A stretch of DNA of 64,000 bases from Bryobacteraceae bacterium (lineage in GTDB: Bacteria; Acidobacteriota; Terriglobia; Bryobacterales; Bryobacteraceae): positions 727-64,726 of the forward strand of contig DASZLP010000042.1 in the NCBI GenBank assembly GCA_035552355.1, given 5' to 3'. The translations under genes and the position numbers were made by a program. Of the stretch, positions 61,334-64,000 are shown in pieces (position 1 is the first letter of the stretch; the number at the start of each line of letters is the position of its first letter). The notes under the pieces are model-generated. The model saw only the letters and a list, made by a program, of their open reading frames with translations. It did not search any database and was not told the DNA's origin.

Positions 61334-62413
61334 CTACGACCAGATCGTCGTGAGGGCGCGCTTGAAATTGCCGCCGAGCACGAGACCGATCTGTTCATCG
61401 GTGTAGCCGCGGCGAATGAGTCCGTCAGTCAATTGATGCACGCGCTCGAGTCCCTGCAGCCCCGCGATGTCGTAGAGCAGCGAACTCGCGCCACGTTTGT
61501 CGCGTCCGTCGAGATCGGTATCGCTCCCCAGTCCGACGTGCTCGATACCGGCGATCTTCACCACATGTTCGAAGTGGTCGAGCACGTCTTCCATCGTCAC
61601 CGGATCTTTCGTACGCACGAACCGGCGCACGCCTGTCAATCCGATCACGCCGCCCTTTTTCGCGGCCGCCACGATCGCGTCGTCGGTCTTGCATCGCGCC
61701 ACACCCGGCGCCAGCGCTTTGCAGTTGGAATGTGTGATCAGCACGGGCTTCGCCGACGCTTCGATGGCATCGAGCGTCGTCCTCTCGCCGCAGTGCGAGA
61801 CATCGATCGCCATCCCGAGCGTATTCATCCGTGCCACCACCGCCTGCCCGAACGAGGTCAAGCCGCGGTTAATGGCCTTGCATCCGGCGCCCAGCCGATT
61901 GCCCCCGTTGTACGTCAACTGCGTCAGCCGCTGGCCCATTTTGTAGAAGGCGTCGAGATCGTCGAGGTTGCGCAGATGGTTGGCGTCCTGCATGCCCAGA
62001 ATGATGCCGACCTTCCCCGCGGCTTTAGCGCCCGTGAGGTCCGCCGGACAATCGATGCGCACAAGCCATGCTGGATGGTTCGCGATCAACCGGTTCCATT
62101 TGATGAACCAGTTGCGTGTGATTTCATAAGACTGCGCGCTCTCGAACGCGACCGCCGGATGAAACACGTCGATGCCGGAATCCCGCAGCTTCTGAAAATC
62201 TTTCTCGGCGAAGTTTTCAGGCGCGCCCTGCCACTCCGCGAGCAGCGCCCAATCGAGCGTGAGCAGCCCGAGCATGTCGATGACGTTCGCCTGCGCTACC
62301 AGATCGATGGCGCGCGTGCTGTATCCGGCAGCGAAAAGGCGGTCGGCTATCGGAGCGGCTGCGCAGGCAGCCAGCCACGAAGCCCCGCGGCCGAGGAAGG
62401 TTCTCCGGTGCAA
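61334..62413 (-). CDS. Membrane dipeptidase (peptidase M19) with Tat-like signal
   Basis: MHRRTFLGRGASWLAACAAAP. DVSHCGERTTLD and LITHSNC segments are typical of renal-dipeptidase-family enzymes. Confidence 0.85.
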   Translation of the reverse strand: MHRRTFLGRGASWLAACAAAPIADRLFAAGYSTRAIDLVAQANVIDMLGLLTLDWALLAEWQGAPENFAEKDFQKLRDSGIDVFHPAVAFESAQSYEITRNWFIKWNRLIANHPAWLVRIDCPADLTGAKAAGKVGIILGMQDANHLRNLDDLDAFYKMGQRLTQLTYNGGNRLGAGCKAINRGLTSFGQAVVARMNTLGMAIDVSHCGERTTLDAIEASAKPVLITHSNCKALAPGVARCKTDDAIVAAAKKGGVIGLTGVRRFVRTKDPVTMEDVLDHFEHVVKIAGIEHVGLGSDTDLDGRDKRGASSLLYDIAGLQGLERVHQLTDGLIRRGYTDEQIGLVLGGNFKRALTTIWS

Positions 62414-62501
62414 GGTCGTTCTCGAATGGGTGGTGAAAACCAGAATACTACATCTTTAGTACGTGCGGGGAGGCCGTCTGGGGTACGGCGGAAAGGGCGG
62501 T

Positions 62502-63494
62502 ATGCCTGACCTGCGGATCAGCGTCCTCGACCAATGCCCGATCCCTGACGGTTTCACTGCCGGCGACGCCCTCCGCAATTCGATCGACCTTGCCCGGCTT
62601 TGTGACGGCCTTGGCTACACGCGCTACTGGGTCGCCGAGCACCACGGCACAAAAGGGCTCGCCTGCGCCAGCCCCGAAGCGCTGATCGCACCGATCGCCT
62701 CCGCCACCACCCGTCTGCGCGTTGGCAGCGGTGGCGTGATGCTGCCGCACTACAGCCCGTTCAAAGTCGCCGAGACCTTCAGCATGCTGGCAGGCCTCTA
62801 CCCCGGCCGCATCGATCTCGGCATCGGACGCGCCGCGGGCACCAGTCCGAAGGTCGCCTTCATGCTGCAGCGGGACCGCCGCCAGGCCGCGCCCGACGAC
62901 TTCCGCGAACAACTCGACGAGCTTCTCGGTTATCTTGCCAACCGCACGCCTTACCGTTTCGCCAGCCCAGATGTCTGGCTGCTCGGATCGTCGCATGACA
63001 GCGCCATCTGGGCCGCAGAGCTCGGGCTTCCCTATGTCTTTGCCGACTTCATCAATCCCAACGGCGCCCCGATCGCGCGCTATTACCGGCAGCAGTTCAC
63101 GCCGTCGGAACTCAGTCCCACTGCACGGGCCGGTGTCGCCACATGGGCGATCTGCGCGGACTCGGAGGAAGAAGCCCTCGAGCTTTCGCTGAGTTTCCGG
63201 ATGATGATGACGATGCTCTTCCGCGGGCAGTCGATTGCGGTTCCGACTATCGAGCACGCGCGGCGGTTTCTGGAAGAGGAGCGCCTGCTGCCGGGCGATA
63301 TTCCGGCCGGCCGCCGCATCCTGACCGGCACGCCGGAGCGGGTTCGCGAAAACATCGAAAAGCTGGCGCGGGATTACGAGGCGGAAGAAGTGCTGATCGT
63401 CAATATCCTCCACGATCATGCCGCTCGCAGGCGATCTTATGAATTGATCGCGAAAGCTTTTGGATTGGACGCGACTGAGCCCGCCGTTCTGTAG
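62502..63494 (+). CDS. LLM-class (luciferase-like) flavin-dependent oxidoreductase
   Basis: ATG 62502 gives MPDLRISVLDQCPIP...LGYTRYWVAEHHG, typical of the YhbW-like LLM subgroup. Confidence 0.85.
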   Translation: MPDLRISVLDQCPIPDGFTAGDALRNSIDLARLCDGLGYTRYWVAEHHGTKGLACASPEALIAPIASATTRLRVGSGGVMLPHYSPFKVAETFSMLAGLYPGRIDLGIGRAAGTSPKVAFMLQRDRRQAAPDDFREQLDELLGYLANRTPYRFASPDVWLLGSSHDSAIWAAELGLPYVFADFINPNGAPIARYYRQQFTPSELSPTARAGVATWAICADSEEEALELSLSFRMMMTMLFRGQSIAVPTIEHARRFLEEERLLPGDIPAGRRILTGTPERVRENIEKLARDYEAEEVLIVNILHDHAARRRSYELIAKAFGLDATEPAVL

Positions 63495-63705
63495 TGGCTA
63501 TTTTGAAGATGACGCCGCTCTTCGGGAATCGCTCACCTTTGGCCGCCATAGATGGCAGGAGAGTTATTAGCCTCAGCACGACAAGAACCACAATCGCGCT
63601 GATTATCAAAAACGGACTGAACATTCGTCGCTCGCCTGCCTCTATTTGGATTACCGCCAGACTCTGACGGCGATATAGGCGAGCTAAGCTGGCTATATCC
63701 CCTTT

Positions 63706-64000
63706 ATGAGCCTTGTGGGCATTGTCACCAGCACACCGGTTCCTCACGCCAATGCTCGTCTGGTCGACGTGGCGGCGCTGCAGAAGGCGCTCGAAGCGCA
63801 GATCGAAGGCGAGGTGCGGTTCGACGCTGTTTCGCGGGCGCTCTACTCCACCGACGCCAGTGTTTATCAAATCGCGCCGCTGGGCGTGGTGGTGGCGAAG
63901 ACGCGCGAGGATTTGATCCGCATCGTGCGCATCGCGACGGAATTCCGTTGCCCGATCACGGTGCGCGGCGGCGGCACCGCGCAGGCGGGCCAGTCAATCG
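63706..64000 (+). CDS. FAD-binding (GlcD/FAD-linked oxidase) domain protein, N-terminal part; 3' end outside window
   Basis: ATG 63706 is open to the window end. RFDAVSRALYSTDASVYQIAPLGVVVAKTREDLIRIVRIATEFRCPITVRGGGTAQAGQS is the classic FAD_binding_4 start. Absent from the ORF track because no stop is reached. Confidence 0.7.
   Translation, partial: MSLVGIVTSTPVPHANARLVDVAALQKALEAQIEGEVRFDAVSRALYSTDASVYQIAPLGVVVAKTREDLIRIVRIATEFRCPITVRGGGTAQAGQSI

Noticed and set aside
61327-61336. Convergent dapD and dipeptidase stop codons separated by only 4 nt, leaving no room for terminators
   Set aside because: The observation is real, but it is an ordinary consequence of the compact genome. No structure or motif can be analysed.
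63400-63870. 156-aa minus-strand ORF, including an internal TM-like segment (MFSPFLIISAIVVLVVLRL from ATG 63624)
   Set aside because: It overlaps the 3' end of the LLM oxidoreductase gene and the 5' end of the FAD-binding gene, both of which have strong family signatures. A short membrane peptide from 63624 cannot be excluded, but support is weak.
1-64000. Scan for tRNA/rRNA/tmRNA genes, CRISPR repeats, transposases, integrases, phage genes and classic defence genes (helicase/nuclease/methylase islands)
   Set aside because: None was recognised by eye. The only accessory-type modules are the PIN toxin-antitoxin loci and the repeat elements listed above. A tRNAscan, Infernal or ISfinder run would be needed to exclude small elements formally.

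Overview
Visibly GC-rich 64-kb chromosomal segment. It is probably from an Acidobacteriota-type genome. That is an inference from gene content: a DUF1592/DUF1552 pair, reaction-centre-type cytochrome c domains, several DinB-fold proteins and many secreted hypothetical families. I support about 65 protein-coding genes, tightly packed on both strands. Most long ORFs lying antisense to them look like GC-driven shadow ORFs. I found no rRNA, tRNA, CRISPR array, transposase or integrase. All family names come from reading the translations and from memory; no search was run.

Recognisable blocks:
- tsaB, a DapA-family lyase and a PLP decarboxylase (2.7-5.8 kb).
- Secreted cupin, HpcH-type aldolase and esterase (8.3-11 kb).
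- A di-haem cytochrome c divergent from a small membrane-protein operon (11-13.9 kb).
- A UBP zinc finger, DUF5996 and trpS (13.9-16.1 kb).
- An operon of two paralogous secreted proteins, DUF6152 and a tannase-family esterase (19.7-22 kb).
- An intact PIN toxin-antitoxin pair (22.7-23.4 kb) followed by a PQQ dehydrogenase.
- thyX and dut arranged head to head.
- Ada/Ogt-like, acyl-CoA ligase and plsC genes.
- A DUF1592/DUF1552/ankyrin operon (40.2-45.5 kb).
- thiD and a matrixin-type metalloprotease.
- A KDG-type sugar-acid block of MFS transporter, kdgK and eda.
- A lysine riboswitch in front of a long lysine-biosynthesis operon: M20 hydrolase, asd, lysC, dapB, dapA, dapD (54.6-61.3 kb).

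Most interesting:
1. An uncharacterised minus-strand gene string at 32.7-38.7 kb. It holds an unlisted 38-codon secreted Cys-peptide ORF, a 7-TM protein, a membrane-anchored protein, a DUF1702-like protein coupled to a DinB-fold protein, two small helical proteins, and a UbiB/ABC1-like protein with substituted catalytic residues.
2. The secreted paralog / DUF6152 / tannase operon.
3. A nested ~240-bp inverted-repeat element at 17.8-18.1 kb. Its core palindrome recurs between asd and lysC.
4. A decayed PIN toxin-antitoxin relic wedged between dapA and dapD.
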